DNA of 64,000 bases from positions 6,360,478 through 6,424,477 of the forward strand of contig CM119263.1 in the NCBI GenBank assembly GCA_051294375.1, read 5' to 3'. A model generated the notes under the pieces. That model worked only from the letters and a program-made list of their open reading frames with translations. It ran no database searches and was not told where the DNA came from. Source of the stretch: Paraspadella gotoi (Eukaryota > Animalia > Chaetognatha). Shown here one piece after another: positions 28,865 through 41,700 of the stretch. Numbering within the stretch: the stretch's first letter is position 1; every line of letters starts with the position of its first letter. Made by a program: the position numbers and the translations under genes.

Positions 28865-29507
28865 TCTTTTACTCTGCTCTTCTCTAATAAAATCCTTTTC
28901 AATCCGGCAGATGTCGTTTATCCTCCAAAGCCTCATCGTCCGCCCTACCGCCCCGCACCCCTCCCCTCAGGCCCTTTTAGCCAGCCGGCCCCTATTCAAA
29001 AAAAAAATAAAAAAAAATCGTCAGGAGCCAGGCTAAATATTTCCGTTTCCCGGGTTTCCGTATTATTTTTAACGTCCTCACATCATATCATTTTTCCCCT
29101 TCTTCGATTCGCCCGCTTTCATTTTGGTCGAATGAGCGGAGATTGACGTTCATCCAGGCGTTAACCAATTGGACCAATCAGGAGAGTGCCTAGAAAACGG
29201 GCACACGCTTAGGTTGCGTCGGCGCGACGCTCCTACGTCGTGCTGTGAAATGAGAGAGGAGAGAGAGAGAGAGAGAACGAGGAGATGAGAGAGAGGAGAA
29301 GAGAGTAGAGAGAGTAGCTAGTATCGCGTTCTCTCTCGCGCGCTCGGGGCCCTCGTTCGCGTTGCGGGACTGCGTCAATCTATTGGTGACTTCGATCCGG
29401 CCACGGTGCCTACGCCTTGCCGTCTCTCTCTCTCTCTTATTGCTGTCTCTCTCTCTGCCTAGGAGATCGCTACGTCAGGCCTTTCAAACGTTTGGTCTCT
29501 CTCTTCT

Positions 29508-29564
<57 letters not shown>

Positions 29565-31020
29565 GTTCTCTCTCTTTCACTCTCGTAAAAAAGAAAAAAC
29601 AAGGTCCCCGGGGAGGAAACTCCCGCAGGTTTTCGCTTCGTCGCTTCGTTTCTTTTTCAATGTCGTTTCTTTTTTTATTTCGCTTCGACGAATCGCTTTT
29701 AACTTGATTAAAGAAAAAAAAAATAAATGGGAGATTCCACTCGCTGAGAGAAGATTACCTTTTCTTCTTCTCTTCTTTTATCCTTCTCTCCTCTTTTTTC
29801 ACTCGCGCTTTTATTCCCGGTTTCTTTTGCGGGCGTCTATCTTTGTATTTCCTCTCTTTTAGTTTTTTTTATTTCTTATTCTATTTTTAGCAGCGCGCCG
29901 AGTACTCGCGGAACAACTCTAAAAGTCACTGTTTCGTGTTTGGTCGTCAGTCCGTTCAGTCTGGTCTGGTATATCTGTCTGTCTCAGTCTGTTCACCACT
30001 TACGTCAAAAATGCTCATTAACTCGCCTAATAATTGATGCTCAGAAAAAAACCTCAAATATAAGAGAACTGCTTCAGAAATTCCTAAAACTATACGAATA
30101 AAAAGACGGAAATTGGATGCCAGCGCATGTCATAAATACAAAAAGTTTTTATGTGATTGTCATGTCATTGTCATTTATCATGTGAGCAAAGGGGAAATAC
30201 ACGTGAAAAAATAAAGTCACTGCGGCCCGAAACACATTGGAATTACCGTTCGTTGTTTCTCTATATTTTTTTTCTCAGATATTGTTATATTTACCCCATC
30301 CGCATTAGTCTTTGTTGTGGACCCTCCGTCTCATTTCTTTGTTTTTTCCCCGAGTCGGTGTTGTATTTGCTCGTCTTTCTCTCTCTATCTCTCGCGAATG
30401 TTATTTTGAGTTGTGGCGCTCGCCCTTGCTGCATTTGTACCATTTCGTACCTGTTTTCCATCTTAATTGAGCATCTAGTTCCAGTCTTCTCGCTTCTTTC
30501 CCTCTTTTTATCTTTTTTCACCTTTGGTTGCCTCCATACTCACCTCCTAGGTTATCCCTCACCACGCTCTTCTCTTTCTCTTTTCTTTCTCTCCCATTTC
30601 TTAAGCGTCTCACCTCTCTTTCGCTTGTACGAGTCTGGACACTTTCTAGGGAACCCTAAATGTCAATCGGATTCTTAACTCGATTACCTTCCCTTCTCCA
30701 GCTTCTTCTCTTTCTTACTTTTATTGTTCTCTCTTTCTTTCTTCCTTTACTTTCTTTCTTCCTTTCCTTTCTTTCTTTCTTTCTTCTTTTTCTAGATTTC
30801 TATCTTTCTTTTCTTTCTTTCTTTCTGTTTCTTTTTTGTCTGTTCTTTCTTTTCTTCGCTTACTTTTTCCTTTCTTTCTCCTCTCGTTTAGTCCGAGATA
30901 GATAATACGATTTTGTTAAACGCTTTTTATTTCTCTCTAGATCGTTAAGGGTTGATTTGCAAATATTCAGTCTTTTTTGATAGAAGAGATACGGAGAGAT
31001 GAGTAGAAAGTAAGGAAAGA
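23523..31020 (+). repeat. Triplicated block (1.16-kb partial copy + two ~3.1-kb copies), probably an assembly artefact
   Basis: Copies at 23523-24685, 24711-27805 and 27831-~31020. Each starts right after an N-gap; both long copies begin AAAGTTGGCGGCCACGCAGACGACC after exactly 25 N. Differences are dominated by scattered 1-bp indels. Confidence 0.9.
24548..24610. promoter_or_regulatory. Putative promoter module: CRE (TGACGTCA) flanked by three CCAAT boxes; repeated at ~25965-26022 and ~29120-29180
   Basis: CATTGG...GATGACGTCATC...AACCAATGGACCAATCAG in a CpG-rich segment; the third copy lies ~2.2 kb upstream of the RING gene ATG. Motif-only evidence. Confidence 0.45.
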
Positions 31021-31061
31021 GAGAGAGAGAGAGGAGGAGAGAGACGAGAGAGAGTAGATCG

Positions 31062-31095
<34 letters not shown>

Positions 31096-31187
31096 GAGAG
31101 TGTTTAATAGAGATAGAGACAGATTTTCTCTGTTTACGATCGACTGAGTCGTTTTTTCGCTCCAACGATTTTCCACGGACGAATATA

Positions 31188-31225
<38 letters not shown>

Positions 31226-31392
31226 TTCAAAGATTCCTTTTTCCTCCCTTCCCTCCAGCTTCCACCCTGACGCCAGGCGCCGGGTGTCGCCACGCCACTT
31301 TTCTTCGCCAGCGCCACCACGCGCTTGCCAGCGCCAAAAAAAATAAACAAAATAAAGAAAAGATTTAAACTTTTTCCGCCAAACAGATCGCC

Positions 31393-34300
31393 ATGTCATC
31401 CCTGGTCCTGTCCGCCCTGGACGCCTACCACGCCGGACTTCGCCAGCACAGCCCCGCGGGCATCGTCGCCGCTCCGTCGACGCCGCAACCCCGAGGGCAA
31501 CGCCCCCCTAAACTGCCGCCGCGGCCCACGCCGTCCGCCCCGCCTTCCGTCGCCCACAAGCCCGTCCACCCGTCACCGACTCTGCCGCCCTCATCGCCCC
31601 TTTCCGCCGCCGCCGTCGCCGCCGCCTCCTCAGATGACGCAGCTCTATCCCCGACGCCGCCGACGCCGCCTCCACGCCGCGACGTCGGCGGCGCCCCCGC
31701 CGCCCTTCCGTCTCTGCCGTCCTTCGATTCCGGCGTTCTTCTCGACGCCACCATGAGTCCAGACTCTGAAGAACCTTCAAGATTTGAGTCGGCGTCCTTG
31801 GCGGCGTCGTCGACGTCTGCTTCCTTGGCGGCGTCAGCATCCTCGGCGTCCTTGGCGGCGTCGTCGACGTCTGCTTCCTTGGCGGCGTCGTCGACGTCTG
31901 CTTCCTTGGCGGCGTCAGCATCCTCGGCGTCCTTGGCGGCGTCGCTTCAACGCCAAACTCCAACTCCGTCGGCGCCGAGAAAAACTCTGGACGTCGTCGT
32001 CGATGTCGACGACGACGAACATGCCGCCCGCTCGTTTCCGCTCCGAGTTCTGCCGCCCACCGCAGAGGGCAAGATCCCGCCCAAGTCTCGCATCCCCGGC
32101 GTCGTCGTCGTGCGCACGAACACGATGACGGAAGACGACTGACCGCTGAGTGCGGCGGCCGAGCGTCGTCGACATCTCCGATCTCCGACGGTTGACGAGG
32201 CTTTCCAGGGCGGACTCCTTCGCCTCCACAGCCGAGTTGCTGCCTCCGTCCGAGGAAGGGGAGAGGGGGGAGTTCGCCGGGATTCGAGCGTGAGGAAGTG
32301 GTTAAGGTAAAAGAGAGAGAGGAACGAAAGATAGTAGCGGAAGAGGACAGAAGATAAGTTAAGAAGAAGTGAAGATAGTGATTACGTAAAGCGGGGAAAG
32401 AGAGATAGAAAGGAAGAGGAATAGGACCAGGGACTTGGGACAAAATTAGTGCTTCCTAAAGCCTATTGGATTAAGGATGAAGTGAGAAGAGTTACGAGAA
32501 GGCTTGACGGCAATTTATTGCATAAAAAGTTGAGAGAATTGAAAGAATGAGGAAGGTTAAATTGGTTAAAATAAGTCAGGAAGAGTCGAAGAATCAAGAA
32601 AAGTGAAAAAGGGAGGGAGGATAGAGAAAAGAGTGAAGAAAGGAGAGGATAGAGAATAAAGCAAGGAAAAGAGTGGATAGAGAAAAGAGGAAAGAAAAGA
32701 GGAAAGAATTGAGAGGATAGAAAAAGGAGTATAAAGGAGAGAATGGAGAATAAAGGGAAGAAAAGAGAGGATATAGAAAATAGAAAAGAAAAGATAGTAT
32801 GGACAATGGAGAAAAGATTGGATAGGGAAATGATAGTCTCGAGGGAGTAGTTGTCGTCGAAAAGCAGAAATTAGGTGAACGAAATCATGGGGGGGAAAAG
32901 AGAGGAAAAGAAAACCGAGAAAAAGTTGGGGGGCAACGGACGAACTTCGGAAGAAAGGAACAAAGGCAAAAACAATCGAACGAATGCAGTAAAGAATGAC
33001 CCCCACAAAAAATAGAGAATTGTCTTTATAGTCGGTAATATCCGTCTTGCCTTTTTTCCGTTGTTCAAGGAAACTTTGTCGAATGGATAAAACGTAAAAC
33101 TAAATAATTTAAAGCGCGATCCATTTTCGCGACGACAACGACGACGACGACGACGTCGAAACCAAAATTAGATTTCCGATGAAGTTTCGCCTCAAAATCG
33201 AGTTTTCCTTCACCACTTTCACTGCCTCAACTTTGAGTTGGGTTCGGACGCCATTTCCAACACTTTCGCTCTCACATACAACGCGCATTTCACCATCACA
33301 TCGCCATTCACAATCTAACGTTACTTGTAACTTTGTAAAACTTATAAATTATTATACTTTTCTGTTTGCTATGCTGAGTGTTCTGTTTTAACAATTTGTT
33401 GTAAAGGAAAAACACATATTACAGCCACTTGACTTTTTTTTCAAACGCGAGACGGTATTCTGGTATTTCGTTGACGCCAGACGGCCATCGTTGCAAGTCT
33501 CGTTCTCCGTTTGAACTAAAAGCCACGTTTTTTTCTTATCATTGCCTTTCCCGATCCATTACTGTTTCAATTCTAAACCACCAACGCATCAACCATCCAT
33601 TGCCCCAACCATTATTTAACGAATCAATTCCACAAGAATATTTACCATAACCCACAACTTCCACAACCGACGCCAAATTGACGACCACAACCGTCCACTA
33701 CCACAATCCCACCAAACTGCAGCCTCTCTCGATCCACTGTCATCGTGGCAACCGTCCCCGATCAGACCCCCTACCAGTGACATGAACCCCGTCGTATCTG
33801 TCACCCCCGCCACTAAAGCAAGGCACAAACGTTTTCCCCATCCATTTCCTGCGTGGCGTCGGCGGCGTCGGCGGCGTCGGCGGCGTCGGCGTCGGCAGCG
33901 GCGGCGGCAACGTCGACGTCAGAACCGTCCCACGAGCCGCCTCGCCTTCTCTCTGTTGTGATAAGGAGAAGGGAGGAATAAAAAAAAAGGACGGACTCTT
34001 TTTTTTTTTCTTGTTTTCACTCCTCCGCGTCCTTTCTTTCAAATTTGTTTTTTCATTAAATTCCCCCCCCCGAAAAAAAAATTGAAAGTAAAAATAAATA
34101 TTTTTCTCACGGGACACGATAGAAAAAGAGTGCGATTGTACGTTTTTCACCGCCCGCCAAGATGAGTTCCTTTGGATGACGCCTAACAAAAAAAAATTTT
34201 ACAAAAAAAACAGCGGATGGTAATGAGAGTAAAAAACGATGACTATCTTTGTGCTCTTTGTCTCCTCTTTTTCTCATTTAGAGAGAGAAAAAAAAAAGCA

Positions 34301-36716
34301 AGTGATAAGAAAAATTTGTAATTCATCCCTTTATATCACGAAGGACACACGACGGCTTTGTAGGGGACTCTTTTTTTTCATTTTATTTTCTCTTTATCCT
34401 TCAATGAGTTAAAGATTAAAAAAACATTTTTTTTTGGTAAAAATAAATAAATAAGTTTTTTATCCAGTACTTGGAACCAAAGATAATTTTTATTCCGTTT
34501 TTTTTTTTTACCTTGAACAAAACTCGACCGACGCAGAAGTCGATCATGACAAGAACAATAACTCCGTCCTCGAAGGCCGCGGACGTCCTTGAAAACGATT
34601 TCACACATTGAACGCGCACCTTACCATAACTTACCTTACCTTACAACTCCCCCCCCGCTCAATAGACGAGGGCGACGAGGGAGGAGATCGCATCGCGTCC
34701 ACGACTCTCTCATCCGCCCCCTGACGCTGCTGGCGGCTCCGGGGATGTTCCTCTTCCAGAAGATCAACCGCTACAAGCAGCAGCAGCAGGAGCGAGACCG
34801 GAAGAAGGTCACGGAGAAGGAGCTGCAGCAACTCAACCAGAAGATCGTGAGTGGAGCGTATTTAGATTTATCTCATTTGACGAGATTCAGTATCGTATCC
34901 CTTTTTAAGTTCATAGTCAATTTTTACATTGGTAACGACTCGTCAAAAAAACTGACGGAACTTTTCACCCAAACCGAACAATTTTGGCGAAAAATTTTTA
35001 ACAGAAACATCGTCGTATTTTTTTACGGTTCGTAGGACAAATTGTTATCCAAAATGGAATTGGACGAAGGCGAATATCCAATGACGACGGCGGGAACGAA
35101 CTACGGAACGCCCGTTGCCACCAACTCCAAGGGGGAACCCCTCGCTCCCGAGGACGACGAGGTATCGCGTGCATCTTCGCGTGTGAGACATTTGCGCGTG
35201 CGTCTCGTACACGCTCGTTCTCGATCGATGAAAGAAGGTCGTTTTTGTTTGTTTGCCCTTTTCTTTTATCGAATTTCATTCTCCCATAACTGCCTTCTTC
35301 CTCTCGAGCTAATTTTAAACTTCATCATCGGAGTTTCTCCCTCTCTCATCCGAAGCCTTTTTGTTTAAGTTCGTTGTGGTTGGTTAATTAAGAGACTTTG
35401 TGTAATTTCTTTCTCTTGTCTCCTTAAATTTCCTGACATTTAAAGGTCTCACCTCGTCCATGTTTCTACTTCGTATATTGTTTTGTAATCATTCTTGTCA
35501 TTCTTGTATTCATAATTTTTTGATCGGTAATAGTAACAGTAATAGTAATACTACTTAGTACCATTTCTTTCTCCTCTTCAGTGCGTGGTTTGCTGCAACG
35601 CGCCGTCAACGATGCAAACGTTTCCTTGCGGACACAAGGTGGTCTGCCGCAAATGCTTCGTGAAGACGATACAGGTGCGTTTGACCATCACATGAATAGT
35701 TCGCTCGTTTTTTCATCGTTTTTATGCGAATAATAAATTTTTCTTACGTGTCTTTACTTTTAAATCATTCCTTAACGCTTGGAAAATCACCCATGTTAAT
35801 TCCTCCTTCTTTCATTCAGACTCTTACACATTCAAGATGTCTCTATGATTTGATGTTATAAAAATTATATCGTTTCTTTATTTCTCCTTTCTCTCAACAC
35901 ACACGTGCCACATTCTCTTATATTCATCTCTTCGGTTTCTGCGAGTTTGACACTTACGATCCATCTTCCCAACTCGCGCGATCCCACGTTAAATTGCTTC
36001 CGACGATGGGGACATTAATCGCACGAATGTCGGCGCGACTCCAGCGCCTTCGCAATAAGTTCTCCGCTTCTCGTTCCCCGTTCCGTCCTCGTCGCGAAAA
36101 CAAATGAACATCGCGAAACGATCGCTCGATTACGTCGCCAACATTAATTTAAAATTTAATCTCCAGTTCCCGTTTTTTTTCCTCTCGGTCGGCGACTCGG
36201 GATGGGTTGAAGACTTTATCATTACAAAGATTAATCAAAAACGCACCGCGTACATGGAGACATTGTTTGACGCCGTTCGTCGTCAAGGTCCGATCCGACG
36301 AACTCGTGGACGCGCGACTTGGCGAGTTTATAACTGATCGAGAACGAGGAAGCGGAAACAGTGACGCCGCGTGATAAGCGTGAAGAAGCGGCGGCGCGAG
36401 AAATCACTTTCAATCACCGCGGATCGTTAATCTTCTTCTTGAACTAATTTCTTTCTTCTTTTTTACATTTTTTTTTCTAATCTTTCTCTTCCTTTCATTT
36501 GATCTTTTTTTCTTTCTCTCTTTTCTCTCTCTTCTTTTCAATTCCTCTTTCTTTAAATCTTTCTTTCCATCTTTATAAATCATTCTTTCTGTCTTTAATA
36601 CATATTTTAATATTTCTAGATTTCTTTCTTCTTCATCCTTTCTTATAGCCTATCTTGGTATTAATTCTTCGGCCCTCTGAAGATCTCTCTCTCTCTTCTC
36701 TCTCTTCTCCTCTCTC

Positions 36717-36751
<35 letters not shown>

Positions 36752-36987
36752 TTCTCGTCTCTCTCATTCTCTCTCTCTCCGTCTCTCTCTCTCTCTCTCT
36801 CTCTCATTTTCTCTCTCCAAATTGCGGTCAAAGATTTTTCGTCCTTTAATTCCTCAAAGATCCCTCTTCATTGGTTCCCGCTCCTCCCCTTTATGACGTC
36901 ATAGATCGGCGATTCGGCCATAAATTATTTGGCGCCGAAATGACGTCGCCTCTGAATCGATTAATCATGGCGTCGGCCTTTTTCACC

Positions 36988-37072
<85 letters not shown>

Positions 37073-37152
37073 CTCTCTCATGCGGGGTGACGTTAGTGAA
37101 TGTTTACGACAGGCCATCGTCTAATAAAACCCGGCGGAAAGAATGCCACTAT

Positions 37153-37240
<88 letters not shown>

Positions 37241-37469
37241 GAAGAAAAAAAAAAATGTTTCGGACCGGTCGCGCCTTCGACCTTGGCCGGAAACGCGCCC
37301 GAGATCTCCGAGTGACAAGGACGGGGCCTAGAGGTCGAGAGGGGGCGTGAGGGGGGCGGGGCGCGGCCGAGTGGATCATGGAAGGGCGGAGCTCAATTTC
37401 GGGGTCGTTGAGAAGGAAAGCGGCGCTACCCCGGGCTGTTGGGTGGTGGTGGGTGGCTCGGGTGGGGGG

Positions 37470-37537
<68 letters not shown>

Positions 37538-38716
37538 AACGCGAATCCTTTTAAATCTCGAGTTTCTCCGCGAGACGATTTATGACCAGTTTTTTTTCCT
37601 TTTTCGCCTCCGGGATCACAAAAGGGTATCGACAGGCGAGAGAGAGAAAGAGAGAGAGAAGGGAGGAGTAGAGGAGAGAGAGAGAGAGAGAGAAGAGGTA
37701 GAGAGAGAGACTAGACGAGAGAGAGAGAGACAGACAGACAGAGAAAGAGACAGACAGACAGAATGACTGAAGGAAGGAAAAGAGAAGAAAAGAAACAAAA
37801 TTATTTGGATAAAATGTTTAGATGTTAAAAGAGCTGAATCGTGAATACATGTATCTAAATTAACTCACAATTTTTTGTTTCAAGTATCGAACGCAATGGT
37901 GAACATAGGCCGAAGAATTCGCGTGCACAACTGCAATTCCAATTGCAATTCGCCCGGAAGAAAGAAAAGGAAAGGGAAGAGGAGAATTCCTGATGACGTC
38001 ATGTTTCGGCCTCCATCGAGGTCACGTGTCTACCCATTTTACGTCACAAAGATTGTCACGTGAGAAGGCTTGTCACGTGGTTAATTCTACGTGATATCGT
38101 CGGTCGTTTGTGACGGTTTATCGCATCCCGTGGGATTTATACATAAAATCGAGAGCCATGTGCGAATGATCGCCATGCGACTGTCTCGTTGAATGATTGG
38201 TGAGTCACCATGGTGACGCGACAAACAGGATTTAATTTTAAAGCGTCAGCAATGGTCAATGGGTATGGGACAAATTACTGCATTATCTCTATTTAAATTA
38301 TTATTAAGTTACATTTTACGAGGCACAAAGTCACTCGATCTCAAAATACAGTCACGCGCGCCGCCACTCGATTAGAGCGACACGTGACAACCGCGTTCCG
38401 CTCGAGTTTGGCGCGCGTGCGGGAGGAAGGAGCGAGGCGCGCCCCCGCAAATCGAAACGAGGCGCGAGGAGGCGGCGTTGGGGGGGTGAGGGGGTGGATA
38501 CTGGGTAGGGAAGAACTAAAAGCGGAGGTGGAGGTGGACGAACTCACCGTACAGCGATCGAGGTCCCGAGAGGCTGAAAAGGGGGGGGGGAATTTAAGGA
38601 CTGTAAACAGAAACAAACAACACAGACGCGCAGCCTACATGGGAGATCAAGGAGAAATAAACCAAAACAAACTACGGATCCGACGCACGCGCGATGAAAA
38701 ACAAGCCCAATCAACG

Positions 38717-38752
<36 letters not shown>

Positions 38753-41700
38753 GACATCCGTTAAAGAGAGTCGTTTTCGTCTCGAAAGAAAATATTTAAT
38801 TAAAAAACTTTGTGAAGAATTTTAAACAACGAAGGATGATAGAATTGAGAGATGACTTACACCTGACAAATAATAAGAAGAAAAAAATTTTAGTATATGA
38901 TAAATAAACATGTGGTAACGCGTACATACGTTCTCGACAATCATTGACGAATCCCAGAAATGGTAATGATGAGTCGGACCATAGATCTGCCGATAGATCT
39001 GCCGATAAATCTGATTTGCTGACGGATTTGCCGATGGATATCCCCGTCCGTCTGTTTAACGATTCGCAGTTTCGAGGTCATCGTTGTTAACGACCGATGG
39101 ACGATGGAGCTGTTGGGAGGGGGGGACAGAAGAGGAGGCTGAGAGGAGGGGCAATGGGGAGAGGGTAGGCTGAGTGTTACTAGGGGACCAATGGGAACAA
39201 AGGAGTCGAGGGAAACGTGACGGAAGATGGCCCAAGTGAATCGCAAGGGAGATAGGCAAAGAGTTCAAACGGTGAGCGAGAAAGTAGGTTTGTTCCAAAA
39301 AAGAGTTAAAAGTGTGGTGATATAAGAGATAAGTGATGATGTAAAAATGTAAAAAGAAATGTCTTGACATATAATATGATATATTAAGAATGTAAGATCA
39401 GGATTAAGATTCGCTCTAATGAACCATTTAAGCCGTTCGTAATTGCAAAAGGTCGCAAAGGATACCAAATCAACGTTTAAGCGACGAAAATAAAAAAAAA
39501 AGGTTGATTCGGATCAGTCGCCGAAGCTCGCGGCTCCAAATGGGATTTCGGGCGGAGATAAAAAATGGAGGACGGAGGTCGTTACCGCGTTCGCTTCGTC
39601 TCCGTCTCCTCGTTGATCCCCCGCGTTTTAGTACGCTGAGTTTCGTCTTAAGACCGCGTCTCCGTTTGTTTGCGGACATGACCGGTTTAGTCGTCGTCGT
39701 CGTCGTCGACTTGATCCGGTTACTATTACAATATCGTTAAGGGGAGAATAAACAGGGGAAGAAAATCGCAAACAGATCAACGAAAGTGTACGTAGGTATA
39801 TTGTCGCGGAAGGAAAGAGCCAACGAGAAAAAGTGCCATTCTAAAAGCTTTTTTTATGCGTCCAGTGATTTACTTATGAAAGACTGAGGAATATATTCTT
39901 GGACTGAATCACGAATTTGCGGTCAAATCTGTGATGAGTCATCAAGATTTTTTTTTCCACTCGCTCCCTCGCTACATCCTTGATTTTCTTTTCCTCCTCC
40001 ATCTACTATATTTATTGAATGCTTAATGCTATCATTAGATTTGCTTCATAATTTACTTAGTTTTGTCTTGATAAGAAGATACGTCTAGAGATTAAATCGA
40101 GATCAAAACAGAAAAATATAAGTCGTTTTCAAAATTATGGTAAAAAAAAATATATATACCTCATAATGGTTTAAAGTCTAAAAAAAAGAAACAACACAAA
40201 AAAATAAAGACAAACAAAAAGCTAATCTTTTCTCCCTTTAGAACTAAAATTATTTTCTTTTTTTTTTAGGTGGCCGTCTCGCAAAGATGTCTCCCTCTTC
40301 GTTGCGTCATCTGCCGGTCGAAAATCCTCAAGTTGAAACAGACGGCGCCACCGGCCGAAGCCGCCGCCGACGCCAAAGATAAGAACGGCGCCGGGAAAAA
40401 GGGAAAAAAGCCGGAAGCAGAGAGGAGATCGTCGAGCGTCAACAGCAATAAAGGGAAAGCGAAGACGCAGAAAGACCAAAAGTAAACTTGCTGTTGATGA
40501 TTGATGAAGATGTTGATGATGATGATGATAATGATGATTATGATGATAATGATGTTGATGATGATAATGATTGATGATGAAGACGACGACTGATGATGAT
40601 GATAATAATGATTGATGACGAAATGATATTGATGATGACAGATACACTAATTGTGATCGTTGACTTTTCAGCATACTGATTACTTAGGCTTTATAATCTA
40701 CTTATAATATGTTCCTTGGCCTTGGATACAGATTTGGCCTTGGATACAGATTTGGCCTTGGATACAGATTTTAAAAAAGTCATTATTCTCGAATCTGGAT
40801 TCCTTCGCAGAGACCCCTCAAGGGACTCCGTCGACGGCGCCAAATCCTCCAAGAGCAAAAAGAAGCGCAGCGCCTCGTCGACTTCCGGCGCCACCAGTCG
40901 CCTCCAAACCGGCGCAATATCCTGCCCCACCACCTCAGCCTCCGCCACTAATACTCCGGCCAACCGGAAGTCGGCGTTGCCGAACGATCCCGCCGCCGCC
41001 GCTGCGGCCGCAGCAGGGAGGCCGACATGCTGCTGCCAGAAAAAATGCAAGGGGAAGAGGAAGAAGAGGGAGACGATGATGCAGGTGAAGAAAATGAATT
41101 TAAATTCGTTGAGAGTACCTTAAAAGAATTATTATTAGTTTTATTACTATTATTATTTGCTTATTATTAATAAAAAGCTCGATGGAAACGATCCGGAGAT
41201 TATCTTTCGCGGCAAAAAGACGCCTATCGTCATCGGGCGTCGCGAGCGAAGCGGTCGAGCCCAAGCTATTGACTCCAGCGGAAGGGCGGCAGGGATCGAC
41301 TCCAGCAGCAGAGCCGCGGCGAACGATTCCAGCGGGAGGTCTTCAGGCTCCGACTTAAATAAACGTGCTCAGGCCGGGGATGCAACTGGTGGTGGAGTAA
41401 AGTCCTTGGCGCCGCCGAAGACCCTGGAGCTCCCCGCCAGGGGTGAGTCGGAATGGAAAAAAGAATCGAATCTACAATTGAAAATAAATAGGGGAATTGG
41501 TTCATTGAAAAACTTATACAAATTAGAGTCTCGANNNNNNNNNNAATTGAAAAAAAAATAGGGGAATTGGTTCATTGAAAAACTTATGCAAATTAGAGTC
41601 TCGAACGGAGACGGAAAGGTTAAAAACTACGTGATAAAATATAAAAGTAAAAATATAGAGACGATAACTTAACAGCATCGCAGGGAATCTCACGGAAAAT

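Noticed and set aside
23523-31020. LTRs of a retrotransposon or CRISPR-like array
   Set aside because: No TG..CA ends, PBS/PPT or gag/pol between copies, no repeat-spacer pattern, and boundaries coincide with gaps.
31508-32443. 311-aa antisense ORF over RING exon 1
   Set aside because: Shadow ORF of GC-rich repetitive coding sequence; non-ATG start and no domain.
37988-38030. CTGATGA...GTTTCGG as a hammerhead
   Set aside because: The two core boxes lie on opposite strands and cannot form the fold; better explained as CRE/E-box motifs.
41476-41605. ~60-bp direct repeat around a 10-N gap
   Set aside because: Typical unmerged contig overlap, not a biological repeat.
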